Origin: a virus
Lineage: Duplodnaviria > Caudoviricetes
Length of the DNA: 64,000 bases
Virus record (IMG/VR): IMGVR_UViG_2857089846_000001
Span: 32,001 to 96,000 of that record
Direction: 5' to 3' (one strand)
A program made the translations under genes and the position numbers. Every line of letters begins with the position of its first letter. Position 1 is the stretch's first letter. The notes beneath the pieces are model-generated. The model had not been told where the DNA came from and did not search any database. It saw only the letters and a list, made by a program, of their open reading frames with translations. Shown piece after piece: positions 9,649 to 18,941 of this stretch.

Positions 9649-10262
9649 CACTCGGCGGCCGAGTCGTCATCGTCCTGGTCGTCGTTGGCTTCGGGGTACT
9701 GAAGGGCGTGGAGCGTCTCGGCGAGGCGGGTGGCGAGGTCGGCGGCGGGGCCGGTGTTCTCGATGCTGACGGGCCCGCCGGCCGCGCCCGTGAGCTCCAC
9801 CTCCAGGTGGTCCTCCTTGCCGTACTGCTTGCGGTGCTGCCGCTCCAGGTACCAGGCGGCTGCACGCCAGTCCGGGGGCGTCGTGATGGTCTCCTCCAGC
9901 ACCTTGCCGGAGTGCGGGTCGAACTTGCGGTGGGTGGTGACGATGCCGCCGCGGCTGGCGCGGCGGATGTCGAGGGCGGCTGCCAGGGCGGCAGCGGCAC
10001 GGGCCCGCTCGACCTTCTCGAAGAACTCCACGAACACGTCGAGTTCGGGGTCCGGGTCTTTCCCGGCAGCCCGGTCTACCTGCTCGGTGCGGCCATAGGC
10101 CATCCAGCGCAGGAACGTGGCGCGGCTGATGCCCGCGGTGACGGCCGCCAGGTCCACGGCCAGGCCGGCGCGGCTCGCCTCGATGAGGCGTGCCTCCACG
10201 TCCGGCGTGAGCAGCCGGGCGCGCGCCGGGGCGGCGGAGCGACGGTGTTTGCGGCGGGCCAT
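9648..10262 (-). CDS. Terminase small subunit-like HTH protein
   Basis: AGISRATFLRWM HTH; PDWRAAAWYLERQ..YGK..VELTGAAGGPV, a pattern typical of terS-like proteins. Confidence 0.7.
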   Translation of the reverse strand: MARRKHRRSAAPARARLLTPDVEARLIEASRAGLAVDLAAVTAGISRATFLRWMAYGRTEQVDRAAGKDPDPELDVFVEFFEKVERARAAAALAAALDIRRASRGGIVTTHRKFDPHSGKVLEETITTPPDWRAAAWYLERQHRKQYGKEDHLEVELTGAAGGPVSIENTGPAADLATRLAETLHALQYPEANDDQDDDDSAAE

Positions 10263-10269
10263 GGCGGGG

Positions 10270-10304
10270 ACCGTAGATCGGCTTCCGGACTACCGTCCCG
10301 GGCT
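10270..10304 (-). promoter_or_regulatory. Candidate late promoter (terS-like gene; leaderless geometry)
   Basis: AGCCCGGGACGGTA-15-TACGGT, then 7 bp to the ATG. Confidence 0.65.
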
Positions 10305-10925
10305 GAACAGATGACCACAGGCCGGGCAGCACACCGCGCCTGTGCGTTCGTTGTCGCCGCTGTCGGCGTACCCGTCGTCCGGGAAGTCGTCGCCGAGCTG
10401 CGGCTCCTTCTCGGGGGCGTCGCTGCCGTCGGGGCCCTGCGGAAGGCCCTCGGGATCGACCTGGCGCAGCAGCTCCTCCATCTCGTCGTCGGAGATGCAC
10501 AGCGAGTCGAACAGGTCGGCGTCGGACGTGGCCAGGTCTTCAAGGATCTCGGCGAGAGCGCCCGGGTCCCATCCGCCGGCGGCGCTGAGCCGGTTGAGGA
10601 GGATCAGCACGGCATGGGCCTGGCGGTCGCTGGTCGAGGACCAGCCGCGGGTCACGGGGACCAGCCATCCGCCGTCGTCGTCCAGGAGCAGCCCGTCCGG
10701 AACGGGTTCGCCGCGGACCTGCATCTCGATCAGGGACGCGCGGCGGCCGTGTCCGGCGATGACCAGGTTGGTGCGCTCGTCCACGACGGGGGTGTCGATG
10801 AATCCGTGGTCCTTGATGGACTGGATGATCCGCTCGATCTCGTGCTTCTTCGGGTTGGCCGGGTCCGGTGGGAGGTCGGTGAGCGGGATGTAGCTGATGT
10901 AGCGGGGGGCGGCGAGTCCGGACAC
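10290..10925 (-). CDS. ParB/Sulfiredoxin N-terminal domain protein with C-terminal CxxC
   Basis: NPKKH..SIKDHGFIDTPVVDE..IAGHGR; CPACGH at the end; common neighbour of terS. Confidence 0.8.
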   Translation of the reverse strand: MSGLAAPRYISYIPLTDLPPDPANPKKHEIERIIQSIKDHGFIDTPVVDERTNLVIAGHGRRASLIEMQVRGEPVPDGLLLDDDGGWLVPVTRGWSSTSDRQAHAVLILLNRLSAAGGWDPGALAEILEDLATSDADLFDSLCISDDEMEELLRQVDPEGLPQGPDGSDAPEKEPQLGDDFPDDGYADSGDNERTGAVCCPACGHLFSPGR

Positions 10926-11377
10926 GGCTGCTCCTGTCGCGCAGCTGGGCCGGAGTGAGGAGCGGCCGTTGGTCAGCGAGCCCGCGGACTCGTACCGCGG
11001 CGCCCCGGCTCGCTACCGGGACATGCCGTCATGGCCGGACCGTTCGGCCGCTCCTCGGCCGGCGTCGCCCCACGTGTCCGGACGGGGCTGTGCCGGGGTC
11101 CGGCTGGGGAGTTCGGCGGGTGCGCGTTCCGCCGGCCCCCTGCTGGACCAGGCACAAGACAGTCATCGAGCAGTCGTTTGCGTCCTCTTGTCCATCTCGC
11201 CACCGGGGTGGACGTGGTGTACAGTTCCGAACCGTGGCTGCACGAGCGAGCAGCTGCACCCGGTCTGGTGTAACGAATTCGGCCCTCACTCCGTCCATAG
11301 CGGCGGAAGGCCACCAGCAGCAGACCTTCAACGCTCCAAAGCCGGTCACAGCCGGCAAACCAGAGAGGTACGCACGG

Positions 11378-11950
11378 ATGCCCGAGAAGGACGACGCCCC
11401 GACCGTCGCTGTCGATCAGAGCGACCTGGCGCTGAGGGCAGCGGTGGCCTACCGCGTGAAGAAGAGGGTCGCAGCCATCTGCGACCCGGTGATCAACGCC
11501 AACGCCGACCAGATCAACGCCACCAAGGGCATGCGCAGCGTGGCGACGGAACTGCCGCTTCCCGACGGCGGCGTCATGCCGCTCGGCACCTTCACCCGCT
11601 CCATGGCGAAGGCGAAGTTCTCCGTCACGGACCCGAAGAAGGTGCTCGAGTACGCCGACGAGCAGGGCGAAACCGAGTACGTGATCCGCCCCTCCTTCGA
11701 GAAGGCGCTGCTCGCCCGCGTAGTCCTCGACCCGAAGACCAGCGAGGTCATCGACTCGGTGACCGGCGAGATTGTCGAGGGCATCAGCTACATCCCGGGC
11801 GGCCTGACGGACACCGTCGGCCCGAAGTGGAGCGACGCAGGGGTCGAGGCCCTGGACGCCCTGCTCGGCTTCGTGGACGCGGCACTGGAGAAGCTGCCCG
11901 AACTGACGGCGGCCGACTTCTCCCTCCCGGTGCTGGAGGCAGGCCAGTGA
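11378..11950 (+). CDS. Hypothetical protein, possibly Gam/Gp157-like
   Basis: ATG 11378 after GAGAGG; C-terminal VIDSVTGEIVEGISY resembles phage Gam-like proteins. Confidence 0.6.
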   Translation: MPEKDDAPTVAVDQSDLALRAAVAYRVKKRVAAICDPVINANADQINATKGMRSVATELPLPDGGVMPLGTFTRSMAKAKFSVTDPKKVLEYADEQGETEYVIRPSFEKALLARVVLDPKTSEVIDSVTGEIVEGISYIPGGLTDTVGPKWSDAGVEALDALLGFVDAALEKLPELTAADFSLPVLEAGQ

Positions 11951-12258
11951 GCACTCCCACCTTCATGCTCGAAGCACCGTGCTCGCGCATCGACCCCGAG
12001 ATCATGTTCCCGAATCCGCGGGACGCCAAGGGGATCAAGCTCGCCAAGTCCACGTGCGGACGGTGCCCCTTCACGGCCCAGTGCCTGGAGCGGTCGCTCG
12101 ATCCGGCCACCCGCTGCGACTCCGGAGTCTTCGGCGGCCTCACCGAGGACGAGCGCAAGAAGCTGATCAGGACCAGGAAACTCGGCCGGGCCGTGCCCAT
12201 CAACTACGGGCCCATACCGCCCAAGTCGAGGCGCATGAAGGTCGCCGCCGCAGCTTGA
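11947..12258 (+). CDS. WhiB-family (Wbl) Fe-S transcription regulator
   Basis: C..DPEIMFP..AKSTCGRCPFTAQC..GVFGGLTEDER: four Cys plus the G(V/I)xGG turn. Confidence 0.92.
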   Translation: MSTPTFMLEAPCSRIDPEIMFPNPRDAKGIKLAKSTCGRCPFTAQCLERSLDPATRCDSGVFGGLTEDERKKLIRTRKLGRAVPINYGPIPPKSRRMKVAAAA

Positions 12259-12326
12259 TCGCCCGCACGCTCTGCCCGCCCCCGCCTTGCGCGCGGGGGC
12301 TCAGGCACCTCTCGCAAGGAACCCTC

Positions 12327-12647
12327 GTGATCTCCAGCGATACCCGCCTGGCGCTGATCGACCGGGCCACCGATCTCCTCGGCGACCCCGGGCTCAGCCC
12401 GGCAACGCTCACCGCCTTCGTGCGGAACCTGCGGCGCCGCGATCTCGACGTGTGCGACTGGCACCGCTGCGACGACTTCGCCACGGCCGCCGGCCTCACC
12501 CACCACCAGGCGCGCACCGCGCTCGGGCAGCTCGTCCGCACCGGGCTGATGGAGCGCGACGTCGTCCCGCACCGCATCGGCCGCCAGGACGCCCGCTACA
12601 CCGTCTACCGCCTGTCCCACACCACGCCGGAAGGGGTGACGCAGTGA
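12327..12647 (+). CDS. Small wHTH protein
   Basis: FATAAGLTHHQARTALGQLVRTGLMER; GTG after AAGGA; GTGA overlap with the next gene. Confidence 0.7.
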   Translation: MISSDTRLALIDRATDLLGDPGLSPATLTAFVRNLRRRDLDVCDWHRCDDFATAAGLTHHQARTALGQLVRTGLMERDVVPHRIGRQDARYTVYRLSHTTPEGVTQ

Positions 12648-13603
12648 CCGCTCACGACCCCGCTGACCTGGAAGAGCAGGTAGAGGCCACGCTGGGCCGC
12701 AAGGCTCCATACTCGCGGATTCCCGACTGGGTGACGCTGCACCCCGACGTCGAACCGCAGGCCATCGCGCTGTACTGCGTGCTGGCCGCGCACGTGAACA
12801 TCTCCCGTTCCGACAGTCTGGTGTGGCCGACACGGCTGGCCATGGCGGAGATGCTCGGCTACACCCGCCCGCAGTCGGTGGACAAGTACATCAAGCAGCT
12901 CGAAGCCATCGGCGCGATCGACACCGAGGACTTCTCCCGGCCCAACGGCGCCAAGGGGAAGCGGTACACCGTCCACGAGACTCCGCCGGACGACTTCGAC
13001 GGCGTTCACACGTTGTCCGCCTGGTACAAGCGGCGCCGCGAAGGCCTCGCCGCAGCCGGGCCTGCCCCGAAGCCGGGCCGCCCCCGCAAGAAGACGCCGG
13101 CCAAGGCGGATCAGGTTGCCGAGGCGCCGAAGCCTGCGGCGAAGAAGGCAGCCGCCCCGAAGCCTGCGGCGAAGGAGAAGACGCCCGAGGAGCTCGCTCT
13201 CGATGAGCAGGCCCGGAACGGCGCCGACAGGTGGTGGGAGCAGGCGGGCGAGCTGGTCACGAAGAAGAAGATGGGTCCCCTCATGGGGACCCCGAAGCAG
13301 AAGAGCGGCTACTACCTGAACGTGCGCACCCGCATCCGGGAGGCCCTGGCAGCGGGCTACGACTCGCGCGTCATCTGGCAGGCCCTGCACGACATCGGTG
13401 AGTGGTCGCCCGCGAAGCGGGAGCTGGACCGGGCCCTGCGGCGCCTGTCCGGTGTCCGCCCGTCGCGTGCGAACAGCCACGGCCGGGCCCCCATCTTCAC
13501 CAACGACCAGTGGCAGCAGAACCAGCCCGAGCAGGACGCTACGCCCGCGGTGCCTGCCGCCCCGGACCTGGCGGTGTTCGGTGTCCAGTCCGATGGTGTC
13601 TGA
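12644..13603 (+). CDS. Phage-type replication initiator (HTH_36 / lambda O-like)
   Basis: YSRIPDWV..LYCVLA..VWPTRLAMAEMLG..VDKYIKQLEAIGAI; immediately upstream of a DnaC-like ATPase. Confidence 0.75.
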   Translation: MTAHDPADLEEQVEATLGRKAPYSRIPDWVTLHPDVEPQAIALYCVLAAHVNISRSDSLVWPTRLAMAEMLGYTRPQSVDKYIKQLEAIGAIDTEDFSRPNGAKGKRYTVHETPPDDFDGVHTLSAWYKRRREGLAAAGPAPKPGRPRKKTPAKADQVAEAPKPAAKKAAAPKPAAKEKTPEELALDEQARNGADRWWEQAGELVTKKKMGPLMGTPKQKSGYYLNVRTRIREALAAGYDSRVIWQALHDIGEWSPAKRELDRALRRLSGVRPSRANSHGRAPIFTNDQWQQNQPEQDATPAVPAAPDLAVFGVQSDGV

Positions 13604-13634
13604 CCAGCCGACCGACGAGAGGAGGACCGACGAC

Positions 13635-14441
13635 ATGTCGATCGCTCTGCCTGCCCCCGCCCCTCCCGAGAGCCGCGAGCCGGTGCCCGCCGCCAGCCCG
13701 GTGGCCGCCGTCAGGGAGATCCTGCTGCGCCGTGGGCTCGACCCCAGCAAGGCAGCGCTCACGGAAGACCGGCCGGACAGCACCGAGGACTACCAGCGGC
13801 AGGTGTACCGGCAGGCGTGGGTGAACTCCCTCGCCCTCTCCGGCCACGCGGAGTACGCGCGCTACACGCTCGACTCGCTGGACGAGGCACAGTTCCCCCA
13901 GCATCTGCGGGAGTACGTCGGTCAGCTTTCGGCCGCACGCCGCCACAACCGCGAGCAGGCCAAGCTCGACCCCGAGGACCGGCGGATACTGCGGCCGAAC
14001 ATCCTCAACCTCATCGCGGCCGGTGGTGTCGGCGCGGGCAAGACAGTCGCCGCGGCGGCGGCCGGCGCGTTCGCCGTCGAGTGCGGCCTGATGGCGCGCT
14101 TCGTGTCCCACTCCATGTACCTGTCGTGGCTCCAGCCGGACAACGCCCCGGCGGGGCTGACCAAGGTTCAGGTGCGGGAGCGCTACGAGCGGTGCGATCT
14201 GCTGATCGTGGACGACCTGTGCAACGAGATGGACCAGTACGCCACGAACCACGTACGCACCAACACCTCGGACCTGATCACGTCCCGGATCAACTCCGGC
14301 CGCGCGACGCTGTTCACGACCAACCTCAACTTCGACCAGGTCGCCGAAGTCCTCGGCGAGCGGCTGGCGTCCCGCGTCGGCAACCGTGCGACGGTGCTGA
14401 AGATGATGGGAGATGACCGGCGAAAGCCGCAAAGGTGGTAG
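13635..14441 (+). CDS. DnaC/IstB-like AAA+ helicase loader
   Basis: Walker A GGVGAGKT, Walker B LLIVDDL, TLFTTN, RLASR. Confidence 0.85.
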   Translation: MSIALPAPAPPESREPVPAASPVAAVREILLRRGLDPSKAALTEDRPDSTEDYQRQVYRQAWVNSLALSGHAEYARYTLDSLDEAQFPQHLREYVGQLSAARRHNREQAKLDPEDRRILRPNILNLIAAGGVGAGKTVAAAAAGAFAVECGLMARFVSHSMYLSWLQPDNAPAGLTKVQVRERYERCDLLIVDDLCNEMDQYATNHVRTNTSDLITSRINSGRATLFTTNLNFDQVAEVLGERLASRVGNRATVLKMMGDDRRKPQRW

Positions 14442-14570
14442 CAGTGGCGAGGCTTTGACGGCATAACGACAAAGTGACACGGTCGAGAGGCTGAGGGTGA
14501 TCTAGGCTGTCCGGGACCGGGCGCTCACGAGCAAGAGCGCACCAGGGCAACGCTCCAGGAGGACAGCAAC

Positions 14571-15794
14571 GTGGCCCGATCCCTCTCGACCGCGCGCCTT
14601 GCCACCATGTCCGAGGCGGAGATTCGATCCGCTGAACGCACCCTGAAGAACGGGACCTGGGCAATCACTGCCGGGGCCTTGCTCTTCAGCGTGCTCACCG
14701 TCACCCCGCTCGTCCGATCGGTCAGCCCGGCTGGCTGGGAATGGACCGCGCCCATCCTGCCGCTCGTCGTGGACGCCGCGGTGATCATCGTCGTGAAGCT
14801 CGACTCGGTGGTCTCCAGGCTCGGTAGCACCGGCGGCGCCTGGCCGGCGCTGCTGCGGTGGATGACCGGCATGATGACGCTCGCTCTCAACGTCGGCCAC
14901 AGCGCCCTGCACGGCGACTGGGTCGGTGTGGCCGTGCACTCCGTCGCGCCGCTCTTGCTGATCGTCACCGCGGAGGCGGGCCTTGCCTACCGGCGCGCGA
15001 TCAGCTCCGCTTTGGACCGCATCGCCGCCGAGGAAGCCGCCGCCGAAGCGCGGAGGCAGACCGAGCGCGAGGCGAAGGAGCAGCGCCTGCGTGAGGAGCG
15101 GGAGCGCGAGCGCGCGGCGCGGGAACAGGCTGCTCGGGAAGAGCGCGAGCACGCGGAGCAGATCGAGCGTGAGCGCCAGGAGCGCGAGGACGCCCGCCTG
15201 CGCGCCGAGCGCGAGCACGCCCTGACCGTCGAGCGGGAGCGGGCGGAGCGCGAAGCGCAGCAGGAGAAGGAGCGCGCTGAGCGAGAAGAGCGCATCGAGC
15301 GCCAGCGTGCCGAGCGGGCAGCGGCCGAGCGCCGCCACCAGGAGGAGCGCGAGCGCAAGGAGCGCATCGAGCGGGAGCGCCAGGACCGCGCGGAGCGCCA
15401 GCGCCGGGAACAGGAGCTCGCGGCGCAGACCTCCGCAGCGGCCGCGGCTCCCGCTCCCGCCCGGCAGCCGGTGAGCGCGAAGGCCCACACGCGGCCGCCC
15501 CGTGTGGTGCAGCCCGTCGTCATGGAGAACGAGTTCGCCGGCATGACGCAAGCCGAGGCGGAGGCGGCGCTGTTCGAGCTGTACCGCGCTGCCCGTGACG
15601 CGAGCACGTACCCGGAGTGGGAGCAGGACCCGCTGGCCCAGCCGGGCGGGGAGTTCTGCGGCAGCCGGCTCGGGGTTCGGCTGGGCCGTTCGGACGCGTC
15701 GGGCCGCGCGAAGGTCAAGCCCAAGTTCGAGCGGTGGTACGCGGAGCACCTTGAGAAGAAGGCCGAAGAGCGGGAGCTCGTCGGCGTGGGCTGA
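14571..15794 (+). CDS. DUF2637 / SpdB-like membrane protein with long coiled coil
   Basis: Four N-terminal TM helices (LPLVVDAA, TLALNV, VHSVAPLLLI) followed by an E/R-rich coiled coil. Confidence 0.75.
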   Translation: MARSLSTARLATMSEAEIRSAERTLKNGTWAITAGALLFSVLTVTPLVRSVSPAGWEWTAPILPLVVDAAVIIVVKLDSVVSRLGSTGGAWPALLRWMTGMMTLALNVGHSALHGDWVGVAVHSVAPLLLIVTAEAGLAYRRAISSALDRIAAEEAAAEARRQTEREAKEQRLREERERERAAREQAAREEREHAEQIERERQEREDARLRAEREHALTVERERAEREAQQEKERAEREERIERQRAERAAAERRHQEERERKERIERERQDRAERQRREQELAAQTSAAAAAPAPARQPVSAKAHTRPPRVVQPVVMENEFAGMTQAEAEAALFELYRAARDASTYPEWEQDPLAQPGGEFCGSRLGVRLGRSDASGRAKVKPKFERWYAEHLEKKAEERELVGVG

Positions 15795-15811
15795 CCCCAC
15801 ATGCATTCCGT

Positions 15812-15850
15812 GACGGCGGGCGCCTCATATCCTCGGGGCGCCCGCCGTCG
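15812..15850 (+). terminator. GC-rich hairpin
   Basis: GACGGCGGGCGCC..GGCGCCCGCCGTC just after the stop codon. Confidence 0.5.
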
Positions 15851-15880
15851 TCGTTCCGGCTCATCGAATGGACCTTTCTC

Positions 15881-16318
15881 ATGGACCGCTCCCAGCAGGC
15901 AGCCGAGGCGCGGCTGATTGCGGCCGCGCATGCGCGTGAGGCCTCTGACTTCGCCCGGGCGATCGTCGGTTCCACATCCGGTGCGGACACCGCGGCGGAG
16001 CGCATCCGTGCCGGGCGCCGGCTGAGGCTGTTGAGCCTGCAAGTGCTCCAGTGGACTGTTCGGGCGGAGATCCTGCGCGGCACCCCGTGGCCGGAGCTGG
16101 CGGCGGCCCTCGGTCGCGACGAGGAGTCGCTGAGGGCCGAGTACGAGGCGGGCACGTTGCAGTGGGCCGATCGGTTGGCCGACGACGCGGCGGCCGCCGA
16201 GCAGAGCGTCGAGGCCGCGCGCGCCCTGGATGCCTGGTACCGGACGCACGCCGAGGAGCTGATCGACCCGGCCGAAGACGCCCCGGTATCAGGGCTTTTC
16301 ACGCCCCCAAACGGCTGA
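15881..16318 (+). CDS. Hypothetical protein
   Basis: 145 aa; GTPWPELAAALG is HTH-like. Confidence 0.7.
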   Translation: MDRSQQAAEARLIAAAHAREASDFARAIVGSTSGADTAAERIRAGRRLRLLSLQVLQWTVRAEILRGTPWPELAAALGRDEESLRAEYEAGTLQWADRLADDAAAAEQSVEAARALDAWYRTHAEELIDPAEDAPVSGLFTPPNG

Positions 16319-16440
16319 CCTGGGTGGTAAACTGACCACCATGTCCAAGAGGGGATCTTAGGCCCCTCCGCAGCGCATCATGCCCCGGTACGAGCAAGCC
16401 GTGGGCATCAACGCTCCGCATCAACCAGAAAGGCACCGCC

Positions 16441-18210
16441 GTGGCCGGACGCGTCGCACCCGAGCGCCAACGAACCAGTCTCAAGCCGAACGGCCTCCCG
16501 TCATGGCCCATGCTTCTGCTTGCGGGGACGGAGAAGTCCGGCAAGTCCTATGAGGCCGCCGCGTTCTCGGGGAGCGACCTGATCGGCCGGACGTTCTGGA
16601 TCGAGATTGGCGAAGGCGAGGGACACCACTACGGTGCCGTGCCCGGGGCCCGCTACGAACTCGTGCCCCACGACGGCAGCCTCCGCGACATTCTCGACGC
16701 CGTCCGATGGGCTGTCTGGCAGCCGCGGGGCGAGGACGGCAAGCCGAACGCCATCGTGCTCGACTCGGTGAGCGTCCTGTGGGAACTCCTCGGTGACGAG
16801 CAAGCTGTGATCTCCCGCCGGCGGGCTGCGGAACGCGCCGCCCGGCAGAAGCAGCCGGCCCCGACCGATCCCACCGACTACACCATCACCACCGACCAGT
16901 GGAACGTGGCCAAGAAGCGCTGGGGACTGGTTATCGACGCCCTGCGCCACCACGACGGCCCCGTCATCCTCTGCGCCCGTATGGACGAGGTCACGCTGTT
17001 CGATGCCGCTGGCCAGCCGACCAAGGACCGCACATGGAAGATCCAGGCGGAGAAGAAGCTGCCCTTCGAGGTCACCGGGACGCTCCAGCTTCGCGGGTAC
17101 CGACGGGCATTCCTCACAGGGATGCGCAGCCTCACTCTGAACATCACCCCGGACAAGACGGTGCCCTACCCGGGATTCTCTCTCGACAAGCTGATGCGCG
17201 ACCTCGGGCTGCACGAGTTGGAGGCCGCGCCGCGTACGTACGTCGCGCCCCAACCGGAGGCGTACGTGGAGGAGCACGACTCGGAACTGGCCCGACTGGC
17301 GGATCGGAACAACCGCTCACGCGAAGCACGGCAGAACGCGGCTCAAGGACAGCTTCCGGACCCGGAGGCGGTCTCGCGCGCCATCCGGGCGGCGTTCGAG
17401 TCGCGCAGCGACAAGCGGCGGGAGCTGGTCAAGGTGCGTGCCCACTACGGCGCCAGTGTTCTGGCTCAGGTGGTGGTGAGCACGCCGTGGGGTGAGATGG
17501 ACGCCAACGCGGCGATCGACACGGCGCTCCTCAACATCGAGCCCGCCACGCCGGGCGAGCAGGCTGGCCGTCCCCAGCCCTCCGGCCCGGCCCCGGCTGC
17601 CCTGCCACTGGACGCGGACGAGATCGAGCGGCGGCTCGCCGAGGCGCTGTCAGCGCCCGACGCTGAGCAGCGTCTCCACACGATGCGCGAGGAGTACGGA
17701 GCCGCGCCGCTCGCGCAGACCGTCGTACAGACGGAGTGGGGAACGGTCGACGCGAACAGCGCGATCACCATGGCGCTCATGAGCGGGAACGAACGACAGT
17801 CGGCCGGTAGTGCACCCGCCCCGGCCCCCGAGCCCGCACCGCAGCAGAGCCCGCCCGTCGAGCCGCCCGCCCCGCCAGCTCCTCGAACCGCCCCGCGCCG
17901 CGCAAGCATGACCGCCGAGGAACGCGCGCGGGCCAACATGATCGCCGAGCTGGAGTTGCAGGCGCAGATGCTCGGGATGAACACCACGGAGTTCGTCGCC
18001 GACCTTCTCCCAGCGGGAGCCACCAGCGTCGAGGACATCAGGGGCGGCAGCCGCCTCCAGGACCACATCCGGGGCCACCGAGCCCAGGTTCTCGCGGCGT
18101 TCACCAAGCGGGGGATGGCGCAGGCGGCGGCCGAGTACGCGAAGTTCGGCGACCGTGTTCCGGCGAGGAACATCAACCAGTTCATCACTGGCGTGCTTCA
18201 GGGGAAGTGA
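16441..18210 (+). CDS. AAA_24 / Sak4-like ATPase with repeated C-terminal domain
   Basis: LLAGTEKSGKS, AIVLDSVS, VILCAR, AEKKLPFEV. Confidence 0.75.
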   Translation: MAGRVAPERQRTSLKPNGLPSWPMLLLAGTEKSGKSYEAAAFSGSDLIGRTFWIEIGEGEGHHYGAVPGARYELVPHDGSLRDILDAVRWAVWQPRGEDGKPNAIVLDSVSVLWELLGDEQAVISRRRAAERAARQKQPAPTDPTDYTITTDQWNVAKKRWGLVIDALRHHDGPVILCARMDEVTLFDAAGQPTKDRTWKIQAEKKLPFEVTGTLQLRGYRRAFLTGMRSLTLNITPDKTVPYPGFSLDKLMRDLGLHELEAAPRTYVAPQPEAYVEEHDSELARLADRNNRSREARQNAAQGQLPDPEAVSRAIRAAFESRSDKRRELVKVRAHYGASVLAQVVVSTPWGEMDANAAIDTALLNIEPATPGEQAGRPQPSGPAPAALPLDADEIERRLAEALSAPDAEQRLHTMREEYGAAPLAQTVVQTEWGTVDANSAITMALMSGNERQSAGSAPAPAPEPAPQQSPPVEPPAPPAPRTAPRRASMTAEERARANMIAELELQAQMLGMNTTEFVADLLPAGATSVEDIRGGSRLQDHIRGHRAQVLAAFTKRGMAQAAAEYAKFGDRVPARNINQFITGVLQGK

Positions 18211-18345
18211 TGGCGTGACGTGCCGATCTCCGGGGCACTGCGACGTGCTCCGGAGATCAGCCAGGGTGGCCCGCTCGTTGCGTCACGTCACGTCACGTCC
18301 TCTCCATCGGCCTCCGCGCCTGGCGGGTGCACCGATCCGAACGGG

Positions 18346-18920
18346 CGGGGTACGGGGTACGGCCCTGGGGCGGGGTACGGGGTACGGCTCGGCGAGCGGT
18401 ACGGCTCGGCGAGGGGTACGGGGTACGCCGGGCGCCTCTCGGGGGTACGGGTACGGCTCGGGTACGGGTACGGGCGGCGCGGAGGTACGGGTACGGCTGA
18501 AGGGGTACGCCCCCTTCAGCCCTCCGCGCGCGAATGCGGCGCAAGGTGTTCCCCCGGGGAACAGCGCCACCCCTGCAGAACGAGGGTGCGGCTCCCGTCA
18601 CACCCCGACCACCCACGGTACGGGCCGGGTGCACCCCATCTGACCTGCGTATATGACCGTACCTTGTGGGAGGCTCTCCGTACCCGTACCCGTACCTGAA
18701 GGTGGCGGCGTACCCGTACCCGAACGCCGTACCCGTACCTCGGCTTACCCGTACCGCGTACCTGCGTACCCCTGCGCCCGGCGGCCGTACCCCGTCCCCG
18801 GCGGAGACCCCGGGGGACGGGGAAGGAACGCCGTACCCCCGTACCCAGAGGCGCGGGGGTACGGGGTACGGGGGTACGGGGTACGCGCATGGAACGAGGG
18901 CGCACCCGCATGGGGTACGC
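18346..18920. repeat. Non-coding array of ~34 (G)GGTACG units in inverted blocks
   Basis: ~14 GGTACG at 18349-18509, one at ~18617, ~14 CGTACC at 18658-18846, ~5 GGTACG at 18858-18919 (hand count). Confidence 0.9.
18547..18563. repeat. 17-bp palindrome, candidate parS
   Basis: TGTTCCCCCGGGGAACA. Confidence 0.7.
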
Positions 18921-18941
18921 CCTCGAAGCGAACGACTCGAC

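Noticed and set aside
13635-14441. IS21 IstB transposition helper
   Set aside because: No IstA transposase or terminal inverted repeats; the neighbour is an HTH initiator, so a DnaC-like loader is preferred.
14990-15430. GAGCGC-rich low-complexity DNA
   Set aside because: Explained by the Glu/Arg coiled coil of the DUF2637 protein.
18155-18911. Overlapping ORFs with GTGYG / YPYP repeats
   Set aside because: They are translations of the GGTACG array in several frames with no preferred frame or RBS; the region is treated as non-coding.
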